Assembly (NCBI RefSeq): GCF_001194135.2
Contig: NC_069007.1
Coordinates: 1 to 64,000, forward strand
From: Octopus bimaculoides
Lineage: Eukaryota
Length of the DNA: 64,000 nt
Reading direction: 5' to 3'
The notes under the pieces are model-generated. The model was not told the DNA's origin. It made no database searches and worked only from the letters and a program-made list of their open reading frames with translations. The translations under genes were made by a program, and so were the position numbers. Position 1 is the stretch's first letter; each line of letters starts with the position of its first letter. Below are positions 11,313 to 25,232 of the stretch, piece after piece.

Positions 11313-12779
11313 GCAGATTGTATAATGCTTGTGTAAAGATGACTATCCTCTATAGTAGTGAGATATGGGCCTTTATTGCAGAGGGGTCGTGCCTCTGAAA
11401 TGGGGGAATCCTCAACATAATTGCCGCATGGAATGCCATGTCGACCGTGGATGTGTTTGCCGCTGGGTTGTGTTCTGGGCGAGCCATTATGTGCCGATTA
11501 ACCACAGGAATTTTCCAGTTCTAATTCATTGCCGGGTGATGTGAAGGCTGTGATCGTTTGACAGGGTCACCAAATGTAGCAGGCTGGATGTGGTGTGCCA
11601 TATCAATGTGATACGATGTAGCCCACTACTAAATATAGTGTATAGATGTAACGCTTCAAGGTTCTCCCGTCGGAGTAATCAGTGTACATCGAAGAATTAA
11701 CACCAAGAAGGAAGAAATGTTATTTACATATATTTATTTGTTTACCCGACGGTTTGTTAAAGAGACAGGAGCAATGCTAGTGATAGTGACGAGGAGGAGG
11801 ACTCGCTGGTTAGTAGTTGATAAGTAAAAAAAGTTTGTCTGTCAGTAGAAAGGGAAAGAGTAAGGTAGTCATAGTGCTGACTAGAAAGGATAAAGGCAGT
11901 ATCGCCTTTCTTACAGCCGAAAGCCTCTCTTCACATGTCGAACGAAAGGCAAAAGGAAGTGCTGCTCTTGGTTAAGGCTGACGCAAAAGAGCTGGTGTTG
12001 CTTCTTGGTCTTGCTGACACATAAGGGGAAGAGATAGAAAATTCTCTCTGTTATATAAGCTATGGTCAGTAATGTGGGTTAAGCCTTAAACAAAGGACTG
12101 ACCTTTTCTTGACCAGTACAAGTCCTAGGAGGTGGAGTGTTTCCTCATCAATCATCTATTGTAGAAGATTTCTCACTCGTTTTGACAAGCAGCAATCCGG
12201 TGGATTTGGTTTCAAATCTCAAGCAGGGTCAAGCTAGACTCTTACACTCTGATGGATGTGCAACATCAGTGCGTAAAAACTAACACTTCCTTTCTCCAAG
12301 CTTAGATTCGAAACCAAATCTAAGGATTCTCGTCTGACCAAACAGGCACGAAAGAATTTTCTTTGTCCTGTCAAAAAATTATGAATTGTCTCCCCTTGAC
12401 CGACGACCTCAGCCTTGTCAGGCGAATTTCAAATGAACAGGAGCTGACCTTCCTGCAGCATGTCTGTCTTTCTAGCTGCCACGGCTGTTATAAACACCGT
12501 GGTCAGCAAAGGGACAGGCAGAAAGGATCTGGGACTAAGCTGACCAGTGTTTTCTCAGATGAACAACGCCCACTGACACAAACCATTTCCAGTTGTACAT
12601 CATACACACAGATGTATACTGTCTAAATTCTTCTCCAGCTCGAAGCTGTTTGCAATAAATTGATGTATTGGAAAATTGTGTAGACCAACAGCAAGTGCAA
12701 GTCCCGTATATACATTATTTAAACTATAAATCGATATCATTCCATTATTTACTTGGAAGGCATCCACATGCATGATTAG

Positions 12780-13531
12780 TTAGGGTGAGTTTTAGGGCGT
12801 AATGGAAGTGACAAAGGAGTATATTTGGCATATCCTACTTCATGAGTTCAATAAAGGTAACAACACAATGATATTCCTCACACAAAGTGTGAGGAATATC
12901 AAAGCAGTATATAGGGATAGGACAAATAGCATAAGCCAGTGTCAATGGTGGATCCAGAAATTACAAGCTGGAAAATACGGCCTAGAAGACGAGTGTCGTC
13001 CTGGAAGATCTGTAGAGCTCGACAAGGACGTCCTGGAAACCTTGGTGGAACAAAAACCTGTAACTGTTGAGGAACTAGCAGAGAAGCTTGGATTGGGTCG
13101 TTGAAATCGGCACTAGAAGAAAAATGACCAAGTTTTTTACCAAGAGGAAAGGTGTTGTTCTTTCAGGATCATGCTTGGCCACATACAGCGAGGATGACAT
13201 TCCAAAGGCTGGAGCAGTTTGAATGGGAAACAATGCCTCACCCACCATATTCACCAGACATTACCCCATCTGATTATCATTTATTCTGTAGTCTTCAAAA
13301 TTATTTGGATGGAAAAAATATGGAATCTGTAGACGAGGTCAGAACAGTACTGGCAGAATATTTTTCATCACAGACAAGTGAATTTTGGAAGAGGGGCCCT
13401 GCGAGTCTGCTAGATAGTGGAGGAGCATTGAAGGGGAGTATATTTTAGATTAAAAAAGAATTTTATTTATCTTAATTTTGAAAAATAAAAGAAGTATAAA
13501 AAAACTGCATTATGTATGGGATGACCCAATA
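12780..13531 (+). mobile_element. Internally deleted mariner transposon
   Basis: HTH region (HILLHEFNKG..RPGRSVELDKDVL), catalytic region QDHAWPHT..PHPPYSPDITPSDYHLF, and a 3' TIR ending TATGGGATGACCCAATA. Confidence 0.9.
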
Positions 13532-14717
13532 TATATATATATATATATATACATACATTTATGTATAGATATCAGCACACTTGTTCTCATCTCCTTTCTA
13601 GTTACCTCTCTCTGGCCAGGTAACCATGCACCTCCTCTATAGAAAAACACGTTTCTAACTTTGTCACATTCCAACCTTTTATCATCTGACACAAGATCTC
13701 TCCCACCTCCTCTAACGCCCTCTCCCCTCTCAAAATTCCTTGTCTTGAAAGTTTCTTGGTGACCCCAGCCAGTGCTGGTGCCCCATAAAAAGCATCCAAT
13801 CAATACTGTAAAGTGGTTGGCACTTGGAAAGGGCATCCAGCTGTAAAACCCATGCCAAAACTGACCTCGCCTGTGCTGGTGCTACGTAAAAAGCATTGAG
13901 TCCACTCTGCGGAGTGGTTGGTGTGAAGAAGGGCATTCAGCCGTAAAAGCCCTGCCAAAACCAGACAGTCGTCTGTAGTAGTCTTCTACCTGGCTGGCTC
14001 CTGGCAAACCGTCCAACCCATGCCTGCACGGAAGGCAGACGTTAGATGATCCTCATGATATATAATGTTATGAAAAACTGCTTTCTTTTGTAGTTAATAG
14101 ATTTATTTAAAAAATAAGTGATTTTTGAGAATACATTTCTCACCTGTTGAGTAGCAATGTCACATGTATTTTTTGCCTTTTGTTGAAATATATTAGAATA
14201 AGTATGTCAGTATGATAAAAGAATGTTTTATTTTTATCAAAAAGTAGTAGTGATAAATTAACTCAGTTCTAGATAAACGGAGAGAAAATGTAGTTCTTGA
14301 AGGTTCTTATCACCATTGTACATTTTTTTTTTTCCAGTGAGAATATATTTAAATTTATATTAGATAAGTGTCAGAGAATGAGTTGTCATGCTTGTTTCAA
14401 GTTTTGGCACAAGGCCAGGAATTTCGGGGGAGGTGTGAAGATGATTACATCGGACCCCACCCTCTCTTCCAATGGTAATTATTTTGCTGACTCCAAACGG
14501 ATGAAAGGCAAAGGTAACCTCAGTAGAAATTTGAACTCATAACGTAAAGAATTAATGGTTATTTTCATCATAATTTAATGTGCATCTTTCATGCTGGGAC
14601 TGTACTAAGCAGCACTGTCTGTCTTGGCATGATTTTTAAAACTGAATTCCTTTCCTAACAACATACAAGAGAAAAGCCATGCACGGACAGTTAAGCAACA
14701 AAGATTTCTCAATAATA

Positions 14718-15653
14718 TCAGTTCTTTCTTATATGAATGCATTTGTGTCTAGTTAAGTGAATAATCTGAGAGAATGATTTACCACAGATATCACAGGGAT
14801 ATGGTTTCTCCCCCGAATGAATACGTTTGTGTTGTTTTAAGTTACTTTCTACAGAGCATGATTTGCCACAGATATCACAATGAAATGGTTTCTCTCCTGT
14901 GTGAACGCGTATGTGACTAGTTAAATTACCCTTTACAGAAAATGATTTACCACAGATATCACATCTGTATGGCTTCTCTCCTGTATGACTGCGTAAGTGA
15001 TTGGTTAAGCAACTACTTACAAAGAATGATTTACCACAGATATCACAGCGATATGGTTTCTCTCCCACATGAATTTGTTTGTGATTACGTAAGACACATT
15101 TATCAGAGAATGATTTACCACAGATATCACAGTGATATGGCTTTTCTCCAGTATGGGTCCGTATATGTTTAGCTAAAATATATGTTTGAGAGAACGATTT
15201 ATCACAGAAATCACATTTGTATGGTTTTTCTCCTGTGTGACTTTTTATGTGTCTTGTTAAGTGAATAATCTGAGAGAATGATATGCCACAGTTTTCACAG
15301 CGATATGGTTTCTCCCCTGTATGAATACGTTTGTGTTTAGTTAAGGTACTTCCATCGGAGAATGAGTTACCACAGATATTACAGTGATATGGTTTCTCTC
15401 CTGTATGAACATAGTTATGTCTAACTAAATGATGTTTATGAGAAAATGATTTACCACAAATTCCACAGCTATGTGGCTTTTCTCTTGTATGAGTAAATCT
15501 GTGTGAAGCTAAACTATCTGCACGAGAAAATGATTTACCACAGACATCACAGTGATGGGAATTAATACATTTGTGAGTAGTGAGTGTAATGGCCTTACAA
15601 AATGACCTTTTACACATATCACAGTTGTAGGATTTTTCTAACACTTTTGGCAT
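14718..15653 (-). CDS. C2H2 zinc-finger array protein (ZNF2), 10 canonical + 1 degenerate fingers
   Basis: Intact 311-aa ORF with TGEKP linkers; exon-2 acceptor TTTCAG|AAC at 15895/15894. Confidence 0.93.
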   Translation of the reverse strand: MPKVLEKSYNCDMCKRSFCKAITLTTHKCINSHHCDVCGKSFSRADSLASHRFTHTREKPHSCGICGKSFSHKHHLVRHNYVHTGEKPYHCNICGNSFSDGSTLTKHKRIHTGEKPYRCENCGISFSQIIHLTRHIKSHTGEKPYKCDFCDKSFSQTYILAKHIRTHTGEKPYHCDICGKSFSDKCVLRNHKQIHVGEKPYRCDICGKSFFVSSCLTNHLRSHTGEKPYRCDICGKSFSVKGNLTSHIRVHTGEKPFHCDICGKSCSVESNLKQHKRIHSGEKPYPCDICGKSFSQIIHLTRHKCIHIRKN

Positions 15654-16814
15654 GCCTTTAAGAAAAGAATGACTCCTTTGAATTTCTTTAGGTTTTTCAC
15701 ATAAATAAAATTTTTTTAGAAATGTTCTTCTTCCAACAGATTAATCACAGTTCGCAAAAATTCAACATAGATTTATGCAAACAAGGTTATATCTGTTCTG
15801 TATAACATCTTCCTTCTTAGTCTTTTAGAAGATAAATAATAATGATGATGTGTCTGAAGTTAACAATTCTGTTCTGTCAATCTCATTTGATGTTCTGAAA
15901 TAAAAAAAAAAGGAACAAAATAAGAGACAGCAAACACTAAAAAATAAGTCTTCAACTGTGGAGATTTTACATTTTTATAATGATAACTGTAAATCGTTAG
16001 ACAGGTGCCCTCCCTGTATTCCAGGGGTAACTGGCCAACATTCTCCAGTTCCCTCTCGTTTATGCAGCATAGATGCATTCAGCCAGGCTTATTTGCAGTC
16101 CATTCTTTGATGCTATCAGTCTACAAACGTCTTTGATAAGCCTCTTGTTCATGTAGCGTGGTTAGGATGAGAGACTTCTTGCTAGTTCATATCCGTCATT
16201 TACTGCTACATTATTACAAAGGTGTTCATGTAACACAAGAAGAATTAATTTTACAGATGCAGGAGATCATCAGAAATTTGATATCTGGGTTGATTTTTCA
16301 CATCAAATGCATATTCAAGTTGCCATGGTATAAGTTCTTCACTTATCACACTGCGTTGAATATAAAGCTGTGAGAACAGCTCTTAGGGTCAGTCATGCTG
16401 GGATGAGTATGTTAGCTGTGAAAAAAAACTAGTAGTGAAAGAGAAATTCACCCAGGACCAGCTGGGTGAATTTACTCTGGCTTTTTTTACACTAAAAAAA
16501 TGACTGATGCCATTCAATCATGTGAACAAAGAGTTCTGATTGGCTGAAATAGGTTCTGCATGTATGATGACCTCATGGTTTACATGTGGTCAAAGGGGAG
16601 CTGAAATTAACTGTTATATCAGACCCCTTTCAGTCGAGTTTGTAGGAAAACAAAGGCAAAAAGTGAACAATTAAGAACAGAGAATGAAAATGAACAGCAG
16701 AAAAAACGCAAATGCAAAAAAAATATTGTCCACGGAAGAGAAAGTTCACGACAAAGTCTATGCTGTGGGGTTGTTTTTTTTTTTTTTTTTTTTTCATTTC
16801 TCTCAAATCAAGAT

Positions 16815-16970
16815 GCTTACACTCTGTCGAACATGCACACAAACATTACACATCCAGCAAAGCAGACTAGCTTCATTTCTTTCAAGGACATGCACAGGCT
16901 TGGAAGAAATGAAGCTAATATGTTTTGCTGGATGTGCAATGTCAATGTGCATGTATGACAGAGTGTAAGC
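16815..16970. repeat. 156-nt fold-back (72-nt arms, 12-nt loop)
   Basis: 16815-16886 is an imperfect reverse complement of 16899-16970. Confidence 0.9.
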
Positions 16971-17460
16971 GCCTTGAAAGAAAAGTTGGGCATAAGAGGC
17001 ATCAGATGTGGTGTTGCGCTGGTATGGTCATGTGATGTGTTTGGACAAGGACAGCTGTGTAAAAAAGTGCTGATCTCTGACTGTGGAGGGAACCTGTGAA
17101 TGAGGTAGATCCAGGAAGATATGGGAGCAAGAAGTGGAGCATGATCTTCGAACATTGGGCCTCATGAAGGCAATGACAAGTGGTGGAGACCCTTGGCAAT
17201 ATGCCATGCTTGAGAAGAAGACCCATCAAGCCAAGTGAAAGTATAGTCCTGGCACCTGTGTCGGTGGCATGTAAAAAGCACTCTTTACATTCTTGGAGTG
17301 GTTAGCATTAGGAAGAGCAGCCAGCCATAGAAACCATGCCAAGTCAGATTGGAACCTGGTACAGCGCTCCAGCTTGGCAGTTTCAGTCAACTCATCTAAC
17401 CCATGCCAGCATGGAAAGCAGATGCTAAATGATGATGGTGATGATGATGATGATGATGGT
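16899..17460 (+). mobile_element. 5'-truncated RTE LINE 3' end with (GAT)n tail
   Basis: EANMFCWMCNVNVHV..SVSALKEKLGIRGIRCGV-type RTE C-terminus, followed by the shared CCAACCCATGCCAGCATGGAAAGC..(GAT)n tail. Confidence 0.75.
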
Positions 17461-18304
17461 TGTGCATCGTTTTTAAAGTTAACTAAAAATAATAGGTGTG
17501 CATATATTTGGTCATTCAAAGAACTCTTCTGCCACTTTGTGTAATTCTGTCTGAAATATGTGTATCTACAGGTGTATTGATAGTGAATGGTGTGTCACAT
17601 GTATGCATAGGAGGTGTGGATGTGGTAGAAAAAGGAGCAGGGTTTTTGCTGATAGGGTGACAAATTGATAAAAACATGCTTCAATTGATTGATATACATA
17701 GTCTATCCAACACCACGAATTTGGGTTTCATTTTCAATACACAAAAGGGAAGCCATAGATTTTAGTTTATGTTGAGTATTTTTTTTTTTTTTAGTCAATT
17801 TTCATTAATTTTATATCCTGTGCCTTCGTTCGCTGCCCCTCTTTCAAATTATGTGGCATTGCTGATGTCTAACAGTTGATGCTAATGTATATGAGTCTTT
17901 TTTTCAAATGTAATTCGAGAGAATTGAAGCAGCAAATTCACCTTATCACAAACTTACTCATTTTGCCCAGGATAAATTTGTCTTTAATATGCTCAAAGAG
18001 AATGGATATAATTTTCTGAAATAGTGATCAGATTATGTTATAAAGCTTTTAATGCATTTAGGAAAGGCCATTAGCTTAGCTGATATAGAATTTGTAAGGT
18101 GATGAACATTTGCAAAAAATGTGTTGTCTCAAAGTCAAAAAAATGCAGTAAAAACACCTCATCTTGCCCCCCCCCCCCATATATACATGGCAGGGGAGGT
18201 TATGGGCCACTAGACATTTGGGTCCGAAGAGATTCTGTAAAGCTAAGCATTTTATGGGTGTGAAACCCGGGGTAACCCCAAGGACGACCATAACTATCTT
18301 TAAT

Positions 18305-18345
<41 letters not shown>

Positions 18346-18742
18346 TTATGAATTTATGTTGCAAGATTCCTGATGTGAAGTTGTGTGTTCAAACAGATAT
18401 TGTTGTATTTCGGGATGGTAATTTTTTTTTCGTTCTTCAATCATTTATTACTGTTCTTATTCTAACTTATGTCAACTGTCCGTAAATCTTTCATCACACG
18501 TCTGTGACCTCCTCAGCGACACTTTCTGTCTTGTGTGCTCTTGCTCTGCCTATTCCATTCACACAAAGACAGAAAGTGTCGCTGAGGTGGTCACAGGTGT
18601 GTGATGAAAAATCTCCAAACAATGTACATTAGTCAGAATAAGAACAGTAATAAACGAGTGAAGAACGAATATATAGTACATGTTTATTTGAGATGAAATG
18701 AAAAAAATGACCATCCCAAAATACAACATATATATATATATA

Positions 18743-19440
18743 TAATGGGTCATCCCATAAGTAATGCTTTTTGTTTTCAATTGCATGAAATAAAAGTCGG
18801 AGGGGGATATGATTAACTACCAGCATCAACTTGCTTTAAAAGCCGGTAGTAATTTTACCTTGTCCTTATTCTTGGTGCAAATTTTTAAGAGTGCAGTTCG
18901 ATTTTGTTCTTTTTTCTAAGTGACAAAGGTGCATATTCGGCATATTTTGCTTTATGAGTTCAATAAAGTCAACAACGCAACGTAAAGTGCGAGGAATATT
19001 AATGCAGTATATGGGGATCGGACAGTAAACGTAAGCCAGAAATTCCGAGACGGAAACTACAGCCTAGAAGACGATCCTAGTCCTGGAAGATCTGTCGAGC
19101 TCGACAAGGACGTCCTGCAAACCCTGGTGGAAGAAAATCCCATCGTAACTGTTGAAGAACCAGTAGAGAAGCTTGGATTTGGTCATTCAACCATTCATCG
19201 ACACCTACGTGCCATTGGAAAAGTCAGGCAAATTGGGTCAATGGGTTCCTCACAAACTTTCCGAGTGAACGCGTGCTCTTCTTTGCTGTCGCGTCTCACA
19301 AATGAACCTTTTTGGGACCAAATAGTGACTGGAGACGAGAAATGGGTTCTCTAAACGAAAGAATGCCGAACTTTGTTTATCTTAAATTTGAAAAATGAAA
19401 GAAGAATAAAAAAAAAAACGCATCATTTATGGAATTACCC
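18743..19440 (+). mobile_element. Decayed mariner, same family as the 12.8-13.5 kb copy
   Basis: 5' TIR ATGGGTCATCCCATAAGTAATGC matches the reverse complement of the 13.5 kb TIR; HSTIHRHLRAIGK and IVTGDEKWVL motifs. Confidence 0.88.
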
Positions 19441-19937
19441 CTTATATATACACACACGAAGGGCTTCTCCTCTGTTTCCGGGTACCGGATCCATTCAAAC
19501 GGCTTTGGTCGGCTCCCATAGTGTCATGCAGGGGCAACACACCCAGCTATTGGAATGAACTCGCGTAACCCGTAATGTGTTCATTCATATATGAATCTAG
19601 GGCAGTCGTCATTTTGACAAATTGAATAAAAAATATAATCTTGTAAAAGTGAAAGTGGAGACTAGGAAAATCGTGGATTTTCATGGATTTCGACAATATT
19701 TTTTTTAAAGATTTGTCCCAACGTTTTTAAGCGCGTATTGCAAAAAAAAAAAAATCCCCAAAAGTTCGTCCCGGATGCTCCAGGTGGGGCTTAAATAAAG
19801 TTATAAATTTTCAAGCGCTTCTGAGACAAAAAATTAATAAATCCCGTCAAATCAGAGAAAATCCAACTTAATTTGGCGACTTATTCCAGGCCTCCGCACA
19901 CCTTCTAAACATAGGGTCACACCCACAATTTGTCCGG

Positions 19938-19976
<39 letters not shown>

Positions 19977-20070
19977 GATCACCGAAATGATACACATTCA
20001 CATAATACAGAAGATAAATCTACTCTAGTAAGTAAATATACATATATAATAAAACAGGAGATTAATGTCA

Positions 20071-20212
20071 TTACTTTACCATGAATATAGGCTTCATACC
20101 ATGTAAAGAAATTTATCGATGAACGCGATTACAATGAAAGCCAAGACGTTCGCTGCGCGATTCTAATGGATGTGAAGCAAGGCAACATGTTTGCGCATGC
20201 GCATGAGGAAAT
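20071..20212 (-). promoter_or_regulatory. Promoter/first exon module C (ZNF2)
   Basis: Perfect palindrome TGCGCATGCGCA at 20192-20203 next to GAGGAAAT (ETS-like); donor CATG|GTAAAGTAA at 20071-20083. Confidence 0.78.
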
Positions 20213-22429
20213 AGCAGCAACAATTCTTGAAAGTCTCAAAAGTATTTTCTATCAATTTTGAGAAGATCGAAACTTCGATTGTTAATAATTAACATCCAAA
20301 TAAACGGAATCGTGTTTCCAGTGATTCATAAGACGTGCTTGGACGGGATGCGTTGTTCTATCCATGTACTTTTACAATCAATAAACACATGGATGTATTA
20401 AATTAATTCAAATAAAATTTAAATGAAGACATTCTATTCATATATATTTCGATACATGGAGATAAAAAAAACTGCGAATGTCAGTGTGTCACACCTTTTC
20501 AACTTTATTCCTAGACACTGTAGCCCAACAGGCCGACTCCGAGAGTAAATTAAAAACATTTCCGGGCCGAATCATCAGGACCCGCAATCACGAAATTTTG
20601 AAGTCAAAAGTTTTAATTAATGCGATTGTTTTCGGCCCTTTTTTTTTTCCATGGGACCCGACGCGCGCACCCGCACAAACACGCACGATTAAAAAAGAAA
20701 GCCTCTACATGTTTGAATATGTGTAAATTTTCTGTACTCCCATCACACTGTTGAATCTGCGTTTTGCATTTTTCCAGTAACATTCAACTGAGTTTCTTTG
20801 GAGGGAAAAATATGGGAAAACAGGGGATGAATGTTTTCAGAACATTCTAAAACCTCTTTCAGAAGGGTTCACTTTTCTTTGACTACTTTTGAGTAAGATT
20901 TTATTTCAAAATTTGTTTTAGTTTCACTTTTCGCCTAATTTTGCTTAGATTGCTTTCATTTTTGGTGTATCGATACAACTCTGATTTTTGATTACGATCA
21001 ACCAATTACTTTATCTCGTAAATCAAAGAATCTGATGTTATTTGGAATTAATTATAGTTGGGTAATTTTAGCCAATCAACAGACAGCGTGGCATTAGCAG
21101 CTTGTTACCATGACAACAGGATGCTGTGTTGTGGTTCGCTTCACTGTTGTCTGCGACTTCGTGGTTCAATTCACGGTTGCCTCTGACGCACGTTGTTCGA
21201 TGTTGATTTATTACAATTGATTCCTCACACCACGGGATTCTTTTCACCCGCGTGTTTTGTTTCAATTTGTCTATGTTAGTATTTTTCTGTATTTATTTTT
21301 ATCGTAGTTTACAAATCCAAGCATGAAAACATTACACAACTTTAGAGTTTGGGAGACAGATGCCCTCTTTTCACATCCACGAACTTATATATTAATGATA
21401 TGTATAAACACATGGCTGGTATACATAATACTGAAATACGCATAAAGTAAACACATGCAGACAAATATATTAATATAACAATTTTTTTAAAAATACAATC
21501 AATGAATGAGAAAGACTAGATCAAGATAATACACCGTTTTCGGATATTCTCAGAGAGAACAGTGTTAATTTTCTGAAATAGTGTTCTGAATATGTTATAG
21601 TGATGTAGTTTTTGTAAAGAAAAAAATTGTTTTCACAAAGTCTAAAATGCAATGAATATACATATAAGTATGCGTGTGTGTGTGTGTGTGTAAAACGAGT
21701 CACACAAGCAGTGTCACTCATTTCCAACGTGTATATGATCTTATGTGGCAAAATAGATTCAGAGACCACGGAAAAGCTATAAACACATTCAATGCATCTT
21801 ATACATGTCATAAGAATATAATGAAATTAAGGAATTTCATTGTCGTCAACTACCGTTTCTATCGCAATTTACTTTCACCTTTTTCTCAATACCAAACTGC
21901 ACATGAACAAACGACACGCTCCTAAACTTTGAAGAAAGCAACTTGGTGGGGTACTCAAAAGTAGTTATAGCCCTTCATTGATAATTCCTCATGCATGCGC
22001 AAACATTTTTATTGATCAAAATCAATTTATTGTTCCAAGAGTTTCTCAAAGGCATCTCAATTATGAAAATGTAAAATTCACTAAAAATATTTTATACATG
22101 GACTTCGATTGTCTAACTTTCTTGCCTGTAGTTTATTGATATTTTGATTTAATTTTGTTTTACTTTATGTTAATTCTTTGTGGAATATCATCGTTTAACG
22201 TCCTCTTTCCATGCTAGCATGGGCTGAAATGTTATGAAACAAAATTTTTAAAGCTTCTGGTTCTTCATGTCGACTTTGCTTCTCTGGTCGTTCAGTGACC
22301 CCATCCAAAACTCAGGAGTAAAATTCCTCAAACTTGTTGTTCTTGATATGAATCAATTATTATTTTTTTTTTTTTGGAGTTCTCAACTTAACAAATACAT
22401 CTTGAAATGTCAAGCAAACTTTTTTGAGG

Positions 22430-22870
22430 TATTGAAAGTGAGGTTGTTTCTGGCAACAGTGAAGTCTGCTCTTCTATACGGGGCTGAAACATAGACGCTC
22501 ACTGAATCATCGAAGAAGCAGTTGGACGGTTGTTATACGAGGATGCTTAGAATGGCACTCAATGTCTCCTGGAAGAGTCAAGCAACAAACGCTGACTTAT
22601 ACCAGGGACTACCAAAAGTAACATTGAAGATACAGCATAGAAGGATGAGGTTAGCTGGACACTGCATCAGACACACCAATGAAACTGCTAACGAGCTAGT
22701 GCTCTGGCAACTAATGGAAGGAAGAACCAAGAGAGGAAGGAGAAAGATGACCCGTATCGACAACTTGCTGGAAGATACTGATATGGAATGGGTACAGGAG
22801 CTGAGGACCATCATGGAAGATCGAGATGAATGAGGGAAGTGTGTGGAAACAGTCTTGAGGCATCCTAGAT
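22430..22870 (+). mobile_element. Non-LTR retrotransposon 3' fragment (RTE-like)
   Basis: KVRLFLATVKSALLYGAET*TL..LDGCYTRMLRMALNVSW..RRMRLAGHCIR..GRTKRGRRK. Confidence 0.8.
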
Positions 22871-22899
22871 AGATATACAATTAATAATCACATTTTAAA

Positions 22900-23440
22900 T
22901 ATTCCTCGAAAGTTCAGAAAATGTGCAGTTGGCATTTTTCTTCAGGAAATCTAAATGTGATCTTATACAATCATCATATTCTGCTCTCTATGAACGGAAA
23001 ATGATGATTGAAAATTTCGCTTATTATTTGATTCTTCTATTTCACTGTGTTCTCGAAATGGTAATTCTTGACAAGCTAACATTTCAATACAGTGAGTTAA
23101 TCATTTCAATATATCATGACTTGTTTATGCAACTTTCCCAGAGATCAATTGCAATATCAATTTGTTGTCAACCAAAGGTTTACAGAGCAATGACAGAATT
23201 CACAAGGTTCTGAGATTTCTTGTATTTTGCCAGAGCTGTAAACAAATTGCTCAAATCACAGTAGCCAGTAGTTATCCATGGCTTCTTATGTTGACAAAAT
23301 AACAGACATGGGGAACAAAACAATTTGTTTCGTATGGGACAGCTTGTCATCCACTCATATTGTTCAAAATAACGATGACATTTCTTGCTACTTACTTTAG
23401 TTTTGATTTTCCAATTCAAGATTTGGTTTCTCTCTTCCAA
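22900..23440 (-). mobile_element. hAT transposase remnant, ZMYM1-like (TTF-type Zn finger + DUF4371-like)
   Basis: EWMTSCPIRNKLFCSPCLLF..WITTGYCDLSNL, followed downstream by LACQELPFREHSEIEESNNKRNF (family pattern QxLxFRGHxExxSxNRGNF). Confidence 0.75.
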
Positions 23441-24739
23441 GAAAAATAATCTTTTTCTCTTTGAAGCTTCTTGTTACAAAAGGTCGCGAAAGTCGAGAGG
23501 AAGCAGAGTCAATTGACACTGTTGCGATTTTGTGGGTAAATGACATTCTTGAAAAATGCTATTGGATTTTAATTTTGTTTTTTATTTTGATGAATCAACA
23601 CAAGTCTAGCTAGGAATCTAATAACAAAATTAGAATCTAGTTTACTTATTTATGTAAATTTCTTAAAAATTATTTTAAAAGCATTGGAATTAATAAATGG
23701 ATAAAAATGTTACCTTTTAACCACAAAATCAAATTCACTAATGAATTCTGGATAGTGGTCACATGATTAAATTCCATGGGGTAATGGTGACTTTTGACCC
23801 CTGAATAGGCAGTTAAGAAAATAAGCAGGAACAAGAATTGTATTACTCCCTATGTTTTGACCCTTTTTTTCTCTTTTCACTCCCTAAAAGACAGCAGGCA
23901 AGTTGTCTATCTTTTGAATTCTCCAAAGGAATGCAAGTATATTTGCTTTCTTTAGCGGTCCTACAATGCCAATTTTTTTAATTAACAGCTGCTGACCAAT
24001 TCAATTCCTTCTGTTTACAGAGGCGTTCTCTTGTACACTGAGAAGCAAATGGTTTTCTGCATGCTGTGTCTGTTCGGAGACCAGAAGTCCTAATTCATTC
24101 ATGCGACCACTTCCCAGGGGGAAATGAAAAAAGAAACAAAAATCCATTGGAAAATTAAGGAAAGTTAAAATTATCAATAATTAATTTTACATGAAACAAA
24201 ACTTTATTTATCCTAGAAAAGAAGGCATGCAACGCATACATGGACACCACATGTCTGTAGCGGTGACCACTTCCCAGCACCCGCCATCATCACCACACAT
24301 ACCCCTATATGAGCAGTGACACATTAGAGGCACACACTTACTCACCCAGACTTGTCAAAAACTGGCCCCTATTCACACACACGTTCCTTCAGTTGGGAGG
24401 TGGGGGCACTGTGACTTTATTATCGACCTTCCTTCTAAACTCTTCTTCCAATCAGTTGCCATGCTTGATTACTAAATCTGCAGGGTTTTTTCTTTCATTC
24501 TCTCTTATTCCCCTCTGTTGAAGAGCATAGGTTTGAAACATAAAAGACTTTTTCGTTTTTTTATATTCCCAAGTGTCAAACTTAATACACCTGTCTTCAT
24601 TTTTTGTTTTTCTATAAATTTCATCTATATACATATGTATATTTGTGTGTGATATTCTATAAGATGTTTCGTAGAATTCGTTTTGACAACGATAAGGTTA
24701 TTCTTCTCTTTTGCAATTAAGAAACATTTTTTAATTTCG

Positions 24740-24990
24740 TTTTTTTTGGAGTGATTTACAATTGATATCACATGAGTGTTATAGTTTCCCTCTTGTATGA
24801 ATATAATATGTGTGTAGTGGAGTGACTCCCTCTTGAGTGTGATTTACCACAAATATCACATTGACATGGTTTCTCTTCATCGGTGCATTTGTGGCTGGTG
24901 AAGATATCTCCATCAGAGCAGCATTAATCAGATATCAGAGTGATATAGCCTTTCCATGAGAGATTTACAACAGTGATCCAGTATGAATGT
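24740..24990 (-). pseudogene. Relic zinc fingers downstream of ZNF3
   Basis: Minus strand reads [31 protein letters not shown], then frameshifted HTRGK-like sequence. Confidence 0.7.
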
Positions 24991-25232
24991 GTTTCGTTGT
25001 AGTATTTCAGTGAGAAAATGATTTTCTACAAACACAGTGCAACTTGTTCCTCTTATTTATGAGTAGTGGTGTTACCTTTTTATTTTGAGGATGATTTTTT
25101 TTACATGTAAGACATTATGACAATGTAACATTCTTTTTACAACAGCAAAAACCAATCCTTTTATGTTATCTTATTTTGAGTTTAGCTAAGTTCCCAATCT
25201 GAGCAAACATTCTTTCCAAATCTATCGAAATA

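Noticed and set aside
11700-12600. Possible solo LTR (TG...CA)
   Set aside because: No target-site duplication, PBS/PPT or second copy seen.
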